Numbered from the stretch's first letter, positions 48,560 through 58,664 are shown. The stretch: DNA of 64,000 nt from an uncultured Verrucomicrobiota bacterium (GCA_964519245.1 CAZFLK010000006.1:12186-76185), one strand, 5' to 3'. Notes: generated from the letters alone by a model not told the origin. Translations and numbers: made by a program.

Positions 48560-50110
48560 CTACTTCCGGCTCCGGCCGCTCTCAATGATCCCGGCCAACC
48601 TCGCCTTCAGCTCCTCGGCGACCTTGGGATGATCGGCAATCACGTTCTTCTTCTCCGCCGGATCATCCTTGAGATTGAAGAGCTGGAAACGCGGCACGGG
48701 CGTGTTCTCCAGCTGCTTCTCCACCACCACATTGCGCGCGCGCTTGGAATCGCAGCGCTGCAGTTTCCAATCCCCGACCCGGAAGCCGTAGTTGCCTCCC
48801 CGGCCGTTGTCCTGTTGCACGAGATGCTCCCGACCCCCGGCTCCCGCTTCGCCGAGCAGCGCGCCGAGAACATTGAAGCTGTCGAGGCAACCGTCCTTCG
48901 GCAGCTTGACCCCGGTCATGGCGGCAAAACTGGCGGCCATGTCGATGGTGCAGACGACCTCGTCCGAGACGCCCGGCTGGATGCGCCCTTTCCAGCGGGT
49001 GATGAAGGGCGTGCGCGTGCCGCCCTCGAACACACTGTACTTGCCGCCGGTGTAGGGTCCGCCCGCGCGATGGCTGCCAAGTTTCTCCAAGGCTTCATCG
49101 GCGTAACCGTCGTCCATGACCGGTCCATTGTCCGAGCAGAAGACAAAAAGCGTGTCCTCCGCGAGACCAAGCCGATCGACGGCCGTCATGAGCTCGCCGA
49201 CGCACCAATCCAACTGCACAATGCTGTCGGCGCGATACCCCAGACCGGTGACGCCCTGGAAGCGTTCGTGCGGAATGCGCGGAACGTGCAGGTCATGGGA
49301 GCTGAAGAACAGGAAGAACGGCTCGCGCCGGTTGACTTCCATCCAGCGAACGGAGCGTTTCACCCATTCGTCGGCCAGGTCTTCATCACGAAACCTCGCG
49401 GCATACCCGCCCGTGTAGAAACCGATTCGGCTGATGCCGTTGTGGATGGTTGAATTGTGGCCGTGTGTCCAGTCCATCTTCAGCATGTGCCGGTGCGTGA
49501 CGCCGGTCTTGTGATCTTCTGAGGGCTTCTTCCTCCCGACCCACAGCGGATCCTTGGGATCCAGATTCAGCACCCGGTGATTCTCCACATAGACCTGCGG
49601 CACCCGGTCGTTGGTGGTCGGCAACAGGAAATTGTAATCGAAGCCAATCTCCCGCGGGCCGGGTTTCAACTCGCCGTTCCAATCCGGCCCCTCGGCGCCG
49701 CCCAGACCCAGGTGCCATTTGCCGACGACCGCCGTGCTGTAACCCGCCTTCTTCAACAGCGACGGCAAGGTCATCGTTCCCGGCTGGATGATGGCCGGGC
49801 TGTTGGGCGGCGCGATGCCGGTGTTCTTGCCGCGAAAGGCATAGGTCCCGGTCAGGAAGGAGTAACGCGTCGGCGTGCAAGTCGACGCCGAACAGTAACC
49901 GCTGGTGAATCGCAGGCCTTCCGCAGCGAGTCGGTCGATGTTGGGCGTTTCAAAGCTCTTCGTTCCATAGCACGACAAATCGCCGAAACCCATGTCATCG
50001 GCCATGATGACGATGATGTTGGGCTTGGACGTTTCCGCATTCGCGGCGGTCCCCGCAACCAGCAAAGCAGCCAACGCGGCGAGTAATGAGGCAGTTCTGA
50101 ATTTGAGCAT
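48560..50110 (-). CDS. type-I sulfatase
   Basis: Signal peptide, NIIVIMADDMGFGDLSCYG, C-T-P-T-R in ASTCTPTRYSFLTG. Confidence 0.9.
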   Translation of the reverse strand: MLKFRTASLLAALAALLVAGTAANAETSKPNIIVIMADDMGFGDLSCYGTKSFETPNIDRLAAEGLRFTSGYCSASTCTPTRYSFLTGTYAFRGKNTGIAPPNSPAIIQPGTMTLPSLLKKAGYSTAVVGKWHLGLGGAEGPDWNGELKPGPREIGFDYNFLLPTTNDRVPQVYVENHRVLNLDPKDPLWVGRKKPSEDHKTGVTHRHMLKMDWTHGHNSTIHNGISRIGFYTGGYAARFRDEDLADEWVKRSVRWMEVNRREPFFLFFSSHDLHVPRIPHERFQGVTGLGYRADSIVQLDWCVGELMTAVDRLGLAEDTLFVFCSDNGPVMDDGYADEALEKLGSHRAGGPYTGGKYSVFEGGTRTPFITRWKGRIQPGVSDEVVCTIDMAASFAAMTGVKLPKDGCLDSFNVLGALLGEAGAGGREHLVQQDNGRGGNYGFRVGDWKLQRCDSKRARNVVVEKQLENTPVPRFQLFNLKDDPAEKKNVIADHPKVAEELKARLAGIIESGRSRK

Positions 50111-50380
50111 ATTGGGTCAGTTTGACGAAGATGGGCGTTTGAGAACTGCGGATAGTGCGCAGCCGGCCCGACAGATTCAAGACCAGGATCAAGGGAGCCA
50201 AAGGGGCCGCCGGGTTGTCGGAGGCGCTGCAAGCCCCTTCGCGCAGCGCGGCCATTCCGATTCACGCCCTGCGCCAATAGCCTCACCCCGCGCCATTGGA
50301 CTGCCCATCGCCCCGACGGCCCGCTCCAAACAAACCGCCGCGCGCCACCCGGACGTTGGACCACGCTCCAAGCCGCGCGG

Positions 50381-50419
50381 AAACAAAAACGCCGCCCGAC
50401 CGGAAGGCGGGGCGGCGTT
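50381..50419 (-). terminator. Rho-independent terminator of the lipoprotein gene 50439-50822
   Basis: Minus-strand RNA: AACGCCGCCC-(12-nt loop containing a CC/GG pair around a 4-nt loop, GGAA on the plus strand / UUCC in the minus-strand RNA)-GGGCGGCGUU followed by UUUUGUUU. 10-bp GC-rich stem 50388-50397 / 50410-50419. Confidence 0.75.
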
Positions 50420-50438
50420 CGGAAAAGATGTTGTCGGT

Positions 50439-50822
50439 TCAGCGCGGGAGGCGCAGGGCGATCTGCTTGTCGATTTCGGCCGCAAGCTCGATGTCCGTGC
50501 CGCCCCGGCGCGTGCGCACCTGCGTGATCACGGTCGTGAGGTTGGGCTCCTCCTCCACGATCTTGACCCAGACATTGCTCTGATCGATCTTGGCCTCGAT
50601 CACCGACTTGATGCTGTCGTCGCCGGTCAACGCGCCATACATGGCCAACGCTTCGCGGGCGGCCGGGAAGACAACCGAGGCCGGACGCTCATAACGGCTG
50701 GTGATCTTGTCCTTCTTCAACGGCCAACCGGCCTTCATGTCGCCGGTCTGGGTCTTGACGCAACCGGTCGAGAATGAGGCGATGAACGCAACCAGCGCCA
50801 AAACGAGGAAATTTTTATTCAT
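50439..50822 (-). CDS. small lipoprotein (DUF3568-like)
   Basis: MNKNFLVLALVAFIASFSTGC lipobox from ATG 50822, ~127 aa. Confidence 0.55.
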   Translation of the reverse strand: MNKNFLVLALVAFIASFSTGCVKTQTGDMKAGWPLKKDKITSRYERPASVVFPAAREALAMYGALTGDDSIKSVIEAKIDQSNVWVKIVEEEPNLTTVITQVRTRRGGTDIELAAEIDKQIALRLPR

Positions 50823-50956
50823 ATGGACAAAATGCAAACCGGATACGCAAGGCGGCGTCAAGCCTTATCGAATGACGGGAACGCGCGCGGCAGGCTCCCG
50901 ATTCCGTTTCTTGCGTTTGAGCCGGGTTGGCTTAGTATCCCGGGCAATTAACCTAC

Positions 50957-52009
50957 ATGTTTTCAGTCGAATCCAAAAACACGACCGCCCCCGAGCCCGG
51001 CGCCGCGATCAAGCCGGCGCTGGACTGGCGGGCCATTGTTGAACCTGTTGAGCCGTTTCTGAATTCCGTCTCGGCCCGGTTGGTGGCCCAAGTGGACGAG
51101 TTTGACGCCGAGATTGCCGAGTACGCCCACTACGCCCTGACCAACCAGGGCAAGCAACTGCGTCCCGCGCTGGTGTCCTTGAGCGCGTCCTCGGCGGGCG
51201 AGGTGCGAGACGAGCATGTCACGGTGGCCGCGATCATCGAGATGGTCCACCTGGCGACGCTGGTCCATGACGACGTGATGGACCTGGCCGAGATGCGTCG
51301 TCAGCGACCCACCCTGGCCGCCAACTGGGGGCGACACATTCCCGTCCTGCTCGGCGACACCCTGTTCGCACATGCGCTCAAGCTGGCGGCGGGTTTTCCG
51401 ACGCCCGAGATCTGCCGGGCTGTCGCTTCGGGCGCCAAGACCGTCTGCTCCGGCGAGATCCTGCAGACCCACCGAACACTGAAGTTCGACATGGGGCGCG
51501 AGGAATATTTCAAACTCCTCGCCATGAAGACCGCCGAGTTCTTCGCCCTCTCCTGCGATCTGGGCGCCCACCTCAGCGGCGCCAATGAACTGGGACGCAA
51601 GGCCCTCCGCGATTTCGGGATGGCGCTCGGCACGGCCTACCAGGTCTATGACGACTGCCTGGATCTCTACGGTTCGGAGGACATCGTCGGGAAGTCCCTG
51701 GGCACCGACCTCGCCAGCGGCAAGCTGACCCTGCCCATCCTGGTGACGGTGGAGCGCGCCAATGAAGCCGATCGAAACGAACTCCGGACCGCCATCGAGA
51801 ATTGGCGTCCTGAGAATCACCCGCGCGTCCTCGAGTTGCTGGAGCAGCATGACGCCTTGGCCGAATCGAAACAGGCCATCACCGAGCACCTCAACCAGGC
51901 CCGACGGCGATTGGAGGACGCTCCCCGCGGCGCCGGACGCGCGGCATTGGGACACCTGACAGATTTCCTGGAACGGCAGTCGAACCACGTCGGGGTCAAG
52001 GGACGATGA
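50957..52009 (+). CDS. polyprenyl diphosphate synthase (IspB-like, long-chain trans-prenyltransferase)
   Basis: First Asp-rich motif LVHDDVMD, second YQVYDDCLD, ~350 aa. Confidence 0.85.
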   Translation: MFSVESKNTTAPEPGAAIKPALDWRAIVEPVEPFLNSVSARLVAQVDEFDAEIAEYAHYALTNQGKQLRPALVSLSASSAGEVRDEHVTVAAIIEMVHLATLVHDDVMDLAEMRRQRPTLAANWGRHIPVLLGDTLFAHALKLAAGFPTPEICRAVASGAKTVCSGEILQTHRTLKFDMGREEYFKLLAMKTAEFFALSCDLGAHLSGANELGRKALRDFGMALGTAYQVYDDCLDLYGSEDIVGKSLGTDLASGKLTLPILVTVERANEADRNELRTAIENWRPENHPRVLELLEQHDALAESKQAITEHLNQARRRLEDAPRGAGRAALGHLTDFLERQSNHVGVKGR

Positions 52010-52653
52010 GCGGAGCGGCACAGAAGGAGACTTCCAAGGCCGCCGGTGTCGACAAGCCCACGGAGCAGGAGCGCGCGGAGGAAAGGGCGAGGACGGCCGA
52101 GCTGGTGGAGCGCGTCCGCAAGGGAGATCTCGCGGCCTACGACGAGCTGATCCGGCTCTACCAGGAGCGCATCTACGCGACGCTCTACAACATGACCTCG
52201 AATCACGAGGACGCCCACGACCTCACCCAGGAAGCCTTCATCAAGGCCTACCGCTCCCTCGATTCCTTCAAAGGCCAATCCAGTTTCTACACGTGGATTT
52301 ACCGGATTGCCGTCAATCGCACCATCAACTTCCTGAAGAAGCGGAACCGAAGGATCAACCTGAGTCTGAATGACATGGATTCCAACGTGGAGAACAACCC
52401 CGAGTTGGTCTCCCTCGTCTCGGACAAGACCCCCCGCCGGGACGCCAACCTGACCGAGTTGCAGGAAAAATTGAACGAGGCCATGCAGCGCCTGTCAGAA
52501 AGCCATAGATTGGTCGTCACGTTGCATGACATCCAGGGCATGTCGCACGAAGAAATCGGAAAAATCGTGAAATGCAACACCGGGACCGTGCGGTCGAGAT
52601 TGTTCTACGCCCGCCAACAGTTGCAGGCCTACCTCTCAGATTATTTGAAGTGA
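52006..52653 (+). CDS. ECF (group 4) RNA polymerase sigma factor
   Basis: Region 2 YDELIRLYQERIYATLYNMTSNHEDAHDLTQEAFIKAY...YTWIYRIAVNRTINFLKK. Region 4 MSHEEIGKIVKCNTGTVRSRLFYARQQL. ATGA overlap with the preceding synthase. Confidence 0.9.
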   Translation: MSGAAQKETSKAAGVDKPTEQERAEERARTAELVERVRKGDLAAYDELIRLYQERIYATLYNMTSNHEDAHDLTQEAFIKAYRSLDSFKGQSSFYTWIYRIAVNRTINFLKKRNRRINLSLNDMDSNVENNPELVSLVSDKTPRRDANLTELQEKLNEAMQRLSESHRLVVTLHDIQGMSHEEIGKIVKCNTGTVRSRLFYARQQLQAYLSDYLK

Positions 52654-52658
52654 GCAAG

Positions 52659-53207
52659 ATGAAAGACGAACAGGAAGACATGGATTTCGAGAAGCTCCGC
52701 AAACTGCTGGAGCTCAAGCGACATGAGGTCCCGCCTCCGGGCTACTTCGAGGATTTTTCGGCGACCGTGATCGCGCGCATCGAGGCAGAGGACGCACGGC
52801 CCGCGACATCCTGGTGGCAACGCCTGCTTCCCGGCATCGACACCAGCCCGGTCATGCTCGGCGCCTACGGCGTCATTGCCGGCAGCCTCATCATCGCCGG
52901 CGTACAATTGACCCGGCCGGCGGCGTCAGAGGACGTCCTCCAAGGCGCGCCAAGATTATCCTCCAGCGGCTCGCCCGGCTCTATCGCCACCCCTGATCCT
53001 GTTTCCCCCCAAGCCGATCCGGCGCCGGCAATCCTGCCAGTTGCCGCCAGGAATTCGGACGCTGGAACCACGGGTTCGGAAATACTGAAAACGCTTGGAA
53101 ACGAGGTCGAACATGTGGCCCGCACCGCTCCAACCGGACTTTTCGATCCTCCCAGCATTCACAGCACATCACAGGTTGAGCGGGTCTCCTTCCCCGCGAA
53201 ACAGTAA
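52659..53207 (+). CDS. putative anti-sigma factor / single-pass membrane protein
   Basis: Starts 6 nt after the sigma gene. One TM (VMLGAYGVIAGSLIIAGV). No zinc-finger anti-sigma motif seen, so the call is by position only. Confidence 0.4.
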   Translation: MKDEQEDMDFEKLRKLLELKRHEVPPPGYFEDFSATVIARIEAEDARPATSWWQRLLPGIDTSPVMLGAYGVIAGSLIIAGVQLTRPAASEDVLQGAPRLSSSGSPGSIATPDPVSPQADPAPAILPVAARNSDAGTTGSEILKTLGNEVEHVARTAPTGLFDPPSIHSTSQVERVSFPAKQ

Positions 53208-53227
53208 TCGACCGCTCGAACCCCACC

Positions 53228-53244
53228 GCGCGGGGCGCCCGCGC
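53228..53244. terminator. GC hairpin between convergent genes (possible bidirectional terminator, no U-tract)
   Basis: GCGCGGG-GCG-CCCGCGC, 7-bp stem, between the stop at 53207 (+) and the stop at 53250 (-). Confidence 0.3.
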
Positions 53245-53249
53245 TCCGC

Positions 53250-54518
53250 TTACTGTCGGAAGACGAGCATCCCGTCGCCCAAGGGGACCACCAAGTGACC
53301 TTCCCGATTGAAGCGGCAGGCTCCGCCCCCGTTATCCCCGCCCCAAGTGATCGTATAATTCGGTTCCGCGCCGTCCCAGGTTCCGGTGGCGACCACTACC
53401 GGCTCCTCCGGAATCTTCTTCGGCTGCGCCGTCAACGGCTTGCCCTCCACCAGCGACCGTAGGCCGCCAACAGTCGTGATCCGCCCCTTCAACATGACGG
53501 TCTTGTCCCCGCCTGCAAGCAACTGCAACTCCTTCACCACGAACGGAAACTGCTGACGGATGCGGGCCAGCTTCGGAATCGCGTTCTCGTCGTCATCGGC
53601 ATACTGGTCTTTGACGTTCACCCGTGTCTGGGTAACGTAGAGCCGCCGCTTGCCGAGAATCTTCTCGCCCTCGTACTTCGGGGACGATCCGGTTTCCAGG
53701 AAAACCTTCAAATCCGCCCAATCGATGCCGAACAAGGTCTCCCGCATCGCGGGATTGTAAAAAATGCCGTTGGCGACCGACTCCGTCATCAGCGCCATCT
53801 CAATATTGCCCTTGCCGGTGAACGCATCGACAAGCTGGCTGGTTTCGGAAACCGCTTTGAAGGCGTCCATTTCCGCGATGGTCAGCGTGCCGGGATAGAC
53901 CGCCAGGCGACCCGTGACCGAGGGATTGTTGAACACAATGCCGGCCACATCCGCCATGTCATAGAACATGTCCGGACAGGGATCCTGGCTGAGAACCATC
54001 TTCTCCAATCCGGAACCATGCAGGGCCTTCTTGAGCGGGGTGAAGATCTTGACCATGGTTCCATTGTTCTCGGCCGTGGAGGAAGTCAATTGCACCGTCC
54101 AGTATCCGGCCGCGTGGATCAAGATGCCCAACTGGATCATCAGGGTCGCCCCCAACGCCACTCCCACCGGAATGCCGACGCCGCGATCCATCCGCTCCCA
54201 GGAAACCCGCCGCTCGTCCGGCACATGATACTTGTAGTGAACCAGGATCTTCGTGTAGGCGACCTGCGAAATGATGATGAAAACCACCGCAAAACCCGCA
54301 TAAATGACCACGGCGGGCAGAATCCAGTTGAGCATGGGATTGGCGAGCTTGCCTTCCTTGTTCAGCATCCATTCCATCAGCCGCGCATCCAGCGCAAAGG
54401 CCGCGGACTGGCTGATCCACAGACCCACCATGACGATTGCGGTTCGGGTGGCGCCGACCAGACGGCCAGCGGCGGCCAAACCGCCCATCAACAATATTCC
54501 TATCAGCCAGAAGAGCAT
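53250..54518 (-). CDS. membrane protein, CvpA-like N-terminal TM bundle with large C-terminal soluble domain
   Basis: Four hydrophobic helices in the first ~160 aa (MLFWLIGILLMGGLAAAG...). C-terminal 260 aa has no family I recognise. Confidence 0.45.
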   Translation of the reverse strand: MLFWLIGILLMGGLAAAGRLVGATRTAIVMVGLWISQSAAFALDARLMEWMLNKEGKLANPMLNWILPAVVIYAGFAVVFIIISQVAYTKILVHYKYHVPDERRVSWERMDRGVGIPVGVALGATLMIQLGILIHAAGYWTVQLTSSTAENNGTMVKIFTPLKKALHGSGLEKMVLSQDPCPDMFYDMADVAGIVFNNPSVTGRLAVYPGTLTIAEMDAFKAVSETSQLVDAFTGKGNIEMALMTESVANGIFYNPAMRETLFGIDWADLKVFLETGSSPKYEGEKILGKRRLYVTQTRVNVKDQYADDDENAIPKLARIRQQFPFVVKELQLLAGGDKTVMLKGRITTVGGLRSLVEGKPLTAQPKKIPEEPVVVATGTWDGAEPNYTITWGGDNGGGACRFNREGHLVVPLGDGMLVFRQ

Positions 54519-54724
54519 GGTTACTTAAATTTGAGGTTCAGAACGCAGAAGTCCCTCACAAATTCAACGCGTTTGCAAGGCCAAAGCAGGACATGCAACT
54601 TGCAATCTGGGACAACTTTTGCTGGAAAACCGGCTTCCGCGCGTCTTGAGTGGCTCTTTGCCGGCATTGCCCCGAAGTTCAGATGATTTTCGCGCGCCTG
54701 CCGGACGTCCATCAAACCAGACCC

Positions 54725-57700
54725 ATGTTTTGCCCTGAACGAATCAGACGCCGATCCCGCCGGTTCCGGATCGGAGCCGCAACGCTGTTGCTCTCGCTCA
54801 ACGCAGCTTTCGGAGCCGAGCGCATCGATTTCAACACCCAGATCCGTCCGCTGTTGTCCAATCGCTGCGCCGCCTGTCACGGACCGGACGCCGAGACCCG
54901 CGAGGCCGGATTGCGCGTCGACACGTTCGATGGCGCCACTTCGGATCTCGGCGGCTACGCGGCGATCGTTCCCGGCGCCCCGGACAAGAGCGAGTTGATG
55001 CGCAGGATCACCACGAACGACGAGGACGATCTCATGCCGCCCAAGGGGAAGGGCAGTCGCTTCAACTCCGACGAGGTCGCCCTGCTGCGCCAATGGATCG
55101 AGCAAGGCGCCGAGTATCAGGGACACTGGTCCTACCAGAAACCCGTCCGGCCGGAAATTCCCGTCGTCAAGCAATCCGACTGGCCGCGCAATGAAATCGA
55201 CTACTTCATTCTGGCCCGCCTCGAGCGCGAGGGACTCAAGCCCTCGGCAGAGGCGGATCGTTGGACCCTGGCGCGCCGGGCGGCGATCGACCTCACCGGT
55301 TTGCCGCCGAACTGGCAGGAAGCCTCAAGCTTTGTGAACGACTCCCACCCCAATGCCTACGAACGCTATGTGGACCGGCTGTTGGCCAAGGACGCCTTTG
55401 GCGAACGTTGGGCCCGGGTCTGGCTTGATCTCGCGCGCTACGCGGATTCCGCCGGTTACGCGGACGACCCGCCGCGCACCATCTGGGCCTACCGCGACTA
55501 CGTCGTCCGATCGCTCAATGACAACAAGCCGTTCGACCAATTCACCCTGGAACAGATCGCCGGCGATCTGTTGGAGAACCCCACCGACGAACAACTCATC
55601 GCCACCGCCTTTCACCGGAACACGCTGACCAACAGCGAGGGCGGCACCGATGACGAGGAGTTCCGAAACGTCGCCGTCGTCGATCGCGTCAACACCACCA
55701 TGGCGGTCTGGATGGGAACGACCATGGCCTGCGCCCAATGCCACACCCACAAATACGACCCCATCTCGCAGGAGGAATACTTCCAGATGTTCGCCATCCT
55801 GAACCAGACCGAGGACACGGACAAAAAGGATGAACGCCCCCTGCTGTCAATCTGGAGCGAAAAACAGGAGGCGGACAAGGCCCGCTGGCGCGAGCAAATC
55901 GCGTCGCTCAAGACACGGTTGGCGACCGACACGCCGGAGCGCGTCGCCGCCCGCGAGAAACTGCTCGCGACCCTGAACCGGGAGCCCGAGTGGACCCGCC
56001 TGAAACCGCTGACAGCCAAAGGGCGCGCCATGGAACTGCAGGTCGCGAACGACGGCTCGATCACCGCCACGGGCGAGAAGTCCGACACCGATTTCTACAC
56101 CCTGCGCTTCCCGACAGGGAAAGGCGCCCTCACCGGATTGCGCCTTGAGATCCCCGCAGATCAGACGGACAACTTCGTCCTGTCCCAGGCGACCGCGCTC
56201 TGGCAACCCAGTGGATTGCAAGCGCGCAAGGGACGTTATATCCGGGTGGAAGTCCCGGGCGCCCGAAGATTCCTGCAGCTCGCCGAAGTGCAGGCCTTCA
56301 GCTCCGGAGAGAATGTCGCGCTCAAGGGCAAGGCCTCGCACAGCTCGCAATACAATGACGCCGCCGCCAGCCGGGCCAATGACGGCAACACCGACGGCGA
56401 CTACAACAAACGCTCCGTCAGTCACACGGCCCAGCAAAAGGATCCCTGGTTCGAGATCGATCTCGGCAAGACGCTGCCCATCGACAAGATCGTCGTCTGG
56501 AACCGGACCGACGGCGGCAAGGCGATCATGGACCGCCTCAAGGACTACCGCGTCAAACTGCTCGATGAGAATCGGGCCGTCGTGTTCGAAAAGACCCCCA
56601 AGGGCGACCCGGGCAAGATGAGGGAATTTGCGATGTCCGGAGCCGTGACGCTCGATTTCGGCGCCGCTTTCGCGGATTACGAACAGTCCGGCTTTCCCGC
56701 CGCCAGCGTCATCGCCGACAAACTGGACAAGTCGAAGGGCTGGGCCATCGCGGGCCAAACCGGCAAGCCGCACACGTTGTCGTTGATTCTCAAGACGCCG
56801 TTGGCCACCGACACGGGCGTCCTGACCCTACGGCTGAACCAGGCTTCAAAGTATGCCAGGCATCTGGTCACCCACCTGGCGGTTTCCTCAACCTCCGACA
56901 AGGATGTCTCGACCTGGGCGCGGATGCCGGCGGATATCCGCGAGATTGTCCGCTCCCAAAGCCGGAATGTGCGGCAGGAGAAACGGCTGGCGGACTATTT
57001 CCGGGGGATCCTGGCGGAGCAAGACCCGGCGACCCATGAGCTGGCCAAGCTGGAAAAGCAACTGGCCTCCGCCAAGCCTTACACCACCGTTCCCGTGCTT
57101 CGCGAAATGCCCTCCGACAAACGCCGCGAAACCCGCGTCCAAGTGCGCGGCAATTTCAAGAACACCGCGCAGGTCGTCCGGGCAGGCACACCGAAGGCCT
57201 TCCACGAATTGCCGGAGGAGGGCCCCATCGACCGTCTCGCGCTGGCCCGGTGGCTGGTGCACGAAAACAACCCGCTCACGCCCCGCGTCATCGCCAACCG
57301 GCATTGGGAGCAGATCTTCGGGACAGGCATCGTGGAGACCAGCGAGGAATTCGGCAGCCAGGGAGAGCTGCCCTCGCATCCGCGGCTGCTCGACTGGCTG
57401 GCGGTCGAGTTGCGCGACGGCGGTTGGAACCTGAAACGTTTCCTCAAGTTGCTGGCGACCTCGGCCGCCTACCGGCAGTCGTCCCAGGTAACCGACGCCC
57501 TGCTGGAGGCCGATCCGTTCAACCGACTGCTGGCGCGCGGCCCGCGCTTTCGCATCTCCGCCGAGATGGTCCGCGACCAGGCCCTCGCCGTCAGCGGGTT
57601 GCTCAGCCGCAAGCTGGGCGGCAGCCCGGCAAGGCCGCCCCAACCTCAGCTCGGCCTCAAGGCCGCCTTCGGTTCCGCCACCGACTGGAAGACCAGCACG

Positions 57701-58168
57701 GGCGAGGACCGCTACCGCCGCGGCATCTACACGAACTGGCGACGTTCCAGCCCCTACCCCTCGATGGCGACCTTCGACGCGCCCAATCGGGAGGTCTGCA
57801 CCGTGCGGCGCTCGCGGACCAACACCCCGCTCCAGGCCTTGGTCACCTTGAACGACCCCGTCTACATCGAGGCCGCGCAGGCCCTGGCGCGCCGAATGGT
57901 CAAGGCCTCGGACTCAACCACTGAACGCGCGCGCTTCGGACTCCGAAACACCCTGATCCGCGAACCGCGCGACGGCGAAATCGAACGCCTGACAGCGTTG
58001 TTCGAAACGTCGCGCGAACGCTTCGCCAAGGAACCCGCGCAGGCCAAAATGATGGCGGAGGAGCCGCTCGGACCGTTGCCTGAGAACATGAACACCGTCG
58101 ATCTCGCCGCCTGGACGGTCGTGGCGAATGTCTTGCTCAACCTTGATGAGGTCTTTTTGAAGCGATGA
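54725..58168 (+). CDS. PSCyt1 (heme c) - DUF1549 - F5/8 type C (discoidin) - DUF1553 protein
   Basis: From ATG 54725: signal peptide, LSNRCAACHGPD (CxxCH), DUF1549 block WARVWLDLARYADS, discoidin-like NDGNTDGDYNKRSVSHTAQQKDPWFEIDLG...VVWNRTD, C-terminal DUF1553 (CTVRRSRTNTPLQALVTLND). Confidence 0.85.
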   Translation: MFCPERIRRRSRRFRIGAATLLLSLNAAFGAERIDFNTQIRPLLSNRCAACHGPDAETREAGLRVDTFDGATSDLGGYAAIVPGAPDKSELMRRITTNDEDDLMPPKGKGSRFNSDEVALLRQWIEQGAEYQGHWSYQKPVRPEIPVVKQSDWPRNEIDYFILARLEREGLKPSAEADRWTLARRAAIDLTGLPPNWQEASSFVNDSHPNAYERYVDRLLAKDAFGERWARVWLDLARYADSAGYADDPPRTIWAYRDYVVRSLNDNKPFDQFTLEQIAGDLLENPTDEQLIATAFHRNTLTNSEGGTDDEEFRNVAVVDRVNTTMAVWMGTTMACAQCHTHKYDPISQEEYFQMFAILNQTEDTDKKDERPLLSIWSEKQEADKARWREQIASLKTRLATDTPERVAAREKLLATLNREPEWTRLKPLTAKGRAMELQVANDGSITATGEKSDTDFYTLRFPTGKGALTGLRLEIPADQTDNFVLSQATALWQPSGLQARKGRYIRVEVPGARRFLQLAEVQAFSSGENVALKGKASHSSQYNDAAASRANDGNTDGDYNKRSVSHTAQQKDPWFEIDLGKTLPIDKIVVWNRTDGGKAIMDRLKDYRVKLLDENRAVVFEKTPKGDPGKMREFAMSGAVTLDFGAAFADYEQSGFPAASVIADKLDKSKGWAIAGQTGKPHTLSLILKTPLATDTGVLTLRLNQASKYARHLVTHLAVSSTSDKDVSTWARMPADIREIVRSQSRNVRQEKRLADYFRGILAEQDPATHELAKLEKQLASAKPYTTVPVLREMPSDKRRETRVQVRGNFKNTAQVVRAGTPKAFHELPEEGPIDRLALARWLVHENNPLTPRVIANRHWEQIFGTGIVETSEEFGSQGELPSHPRLLDWLAVELRDGGWNLKRFLKLLATSAAYRQSSQVTDALLEADPFNRLLARGPRFRISAEMVRDQALAVSGLLSRKLGGSPARPPQPQLGLKAAFGSATDWKTSTGEDRYRRGIYTNWRRSSPYPSMATFDAPNREVCTVRRSRTNTPLQALVTLNDPVYIEAAQALARRMVKASDSTTERARFGLRNTLIREPRDGEIERLTALFETSRERFAKEPAQAKMMAEEPLGPLPENMNTVDLAAWTVVANVLLNLDEVFLKR

Positions 58169-58221
58169 AGATTTGGCGTATGAGGGTATGAATAAAATGC
58201 GTAACAACAAGAGGAGACAGG

Positions 58222-58590
58222 ATGAAGGGGCAACGGAATTATCGAAACATCGTCGCCTGGCAGCGGGCGCATGAAGTGACATTGAGAATGTACGAATTGA
58301 CACGAACCTTTCCTCGTGAAGAGACCTATGGACTGAGCAGTCAGATCCGGCGCGCTTCGTTCAGCGTCGCAGCGAATATCGCAGAAGGTTCGGGTCGTGA
58401 AACAGACAAGGACTTCCTCCGGTTTTTTTACATCTCATTGGGCTCATTGAAAGAAGTCGATTACGCAACGCTGCTGGCCTACGATCTGAAATACCTGAAC
58501 TCAGAATTGTTCGAGAAACTACAGACGAGATTGAATCAAACTTTTGCCGCCCTCCAGGGTTTGATCAAATCCGTGAAGCAGAAAGCATGA
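58222..58590 (+). CDS. four-helix-bundle protein (23S rRNA intervening-sequence protein / Avd family)
   Basis: YRNIVAWQRAHEVTLRMYELTRTFPREETYGLSSQIRRASFSVAANIAEGSGRETDKDFLRFFYISLGSLKEV. AGGAG Shine-Dalgarno 6 nt upstream. Visibly lower GC than its neighbours. Confidence 0.85.
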   Translation: MKGQRNYRNIVAWQRAHEVTLRMYELTRTFPREETYGLSSQIRRASFSVAANIAEGSGRETDKDFLRFFYISLGSLKEVDYATLLAYDLKYLNSELFEKLQTRLNQTFAALQGLIKSVKQKA

Positions 58591-58664
58591 ATGTTGGGAA
58601 GCGCCTTGGCAGCCATCGGAGCAACCCTGTTCCTTACCCTCCAACGCCTGGCCACCTGAGCCCG

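Noticed and set aside
54531-54715. Possible degenerate third copy of the intergenic repeat (words GTTCAGA, TTCAACGCGTTTG, CGCGCGCC, GGACGTCCA)
   Set aside because: The shared words are short, their order and spacing do not match copies A/B, and the region is about twice as long. I could not build a colinear alignment by eye. Worth including only in a computational search.
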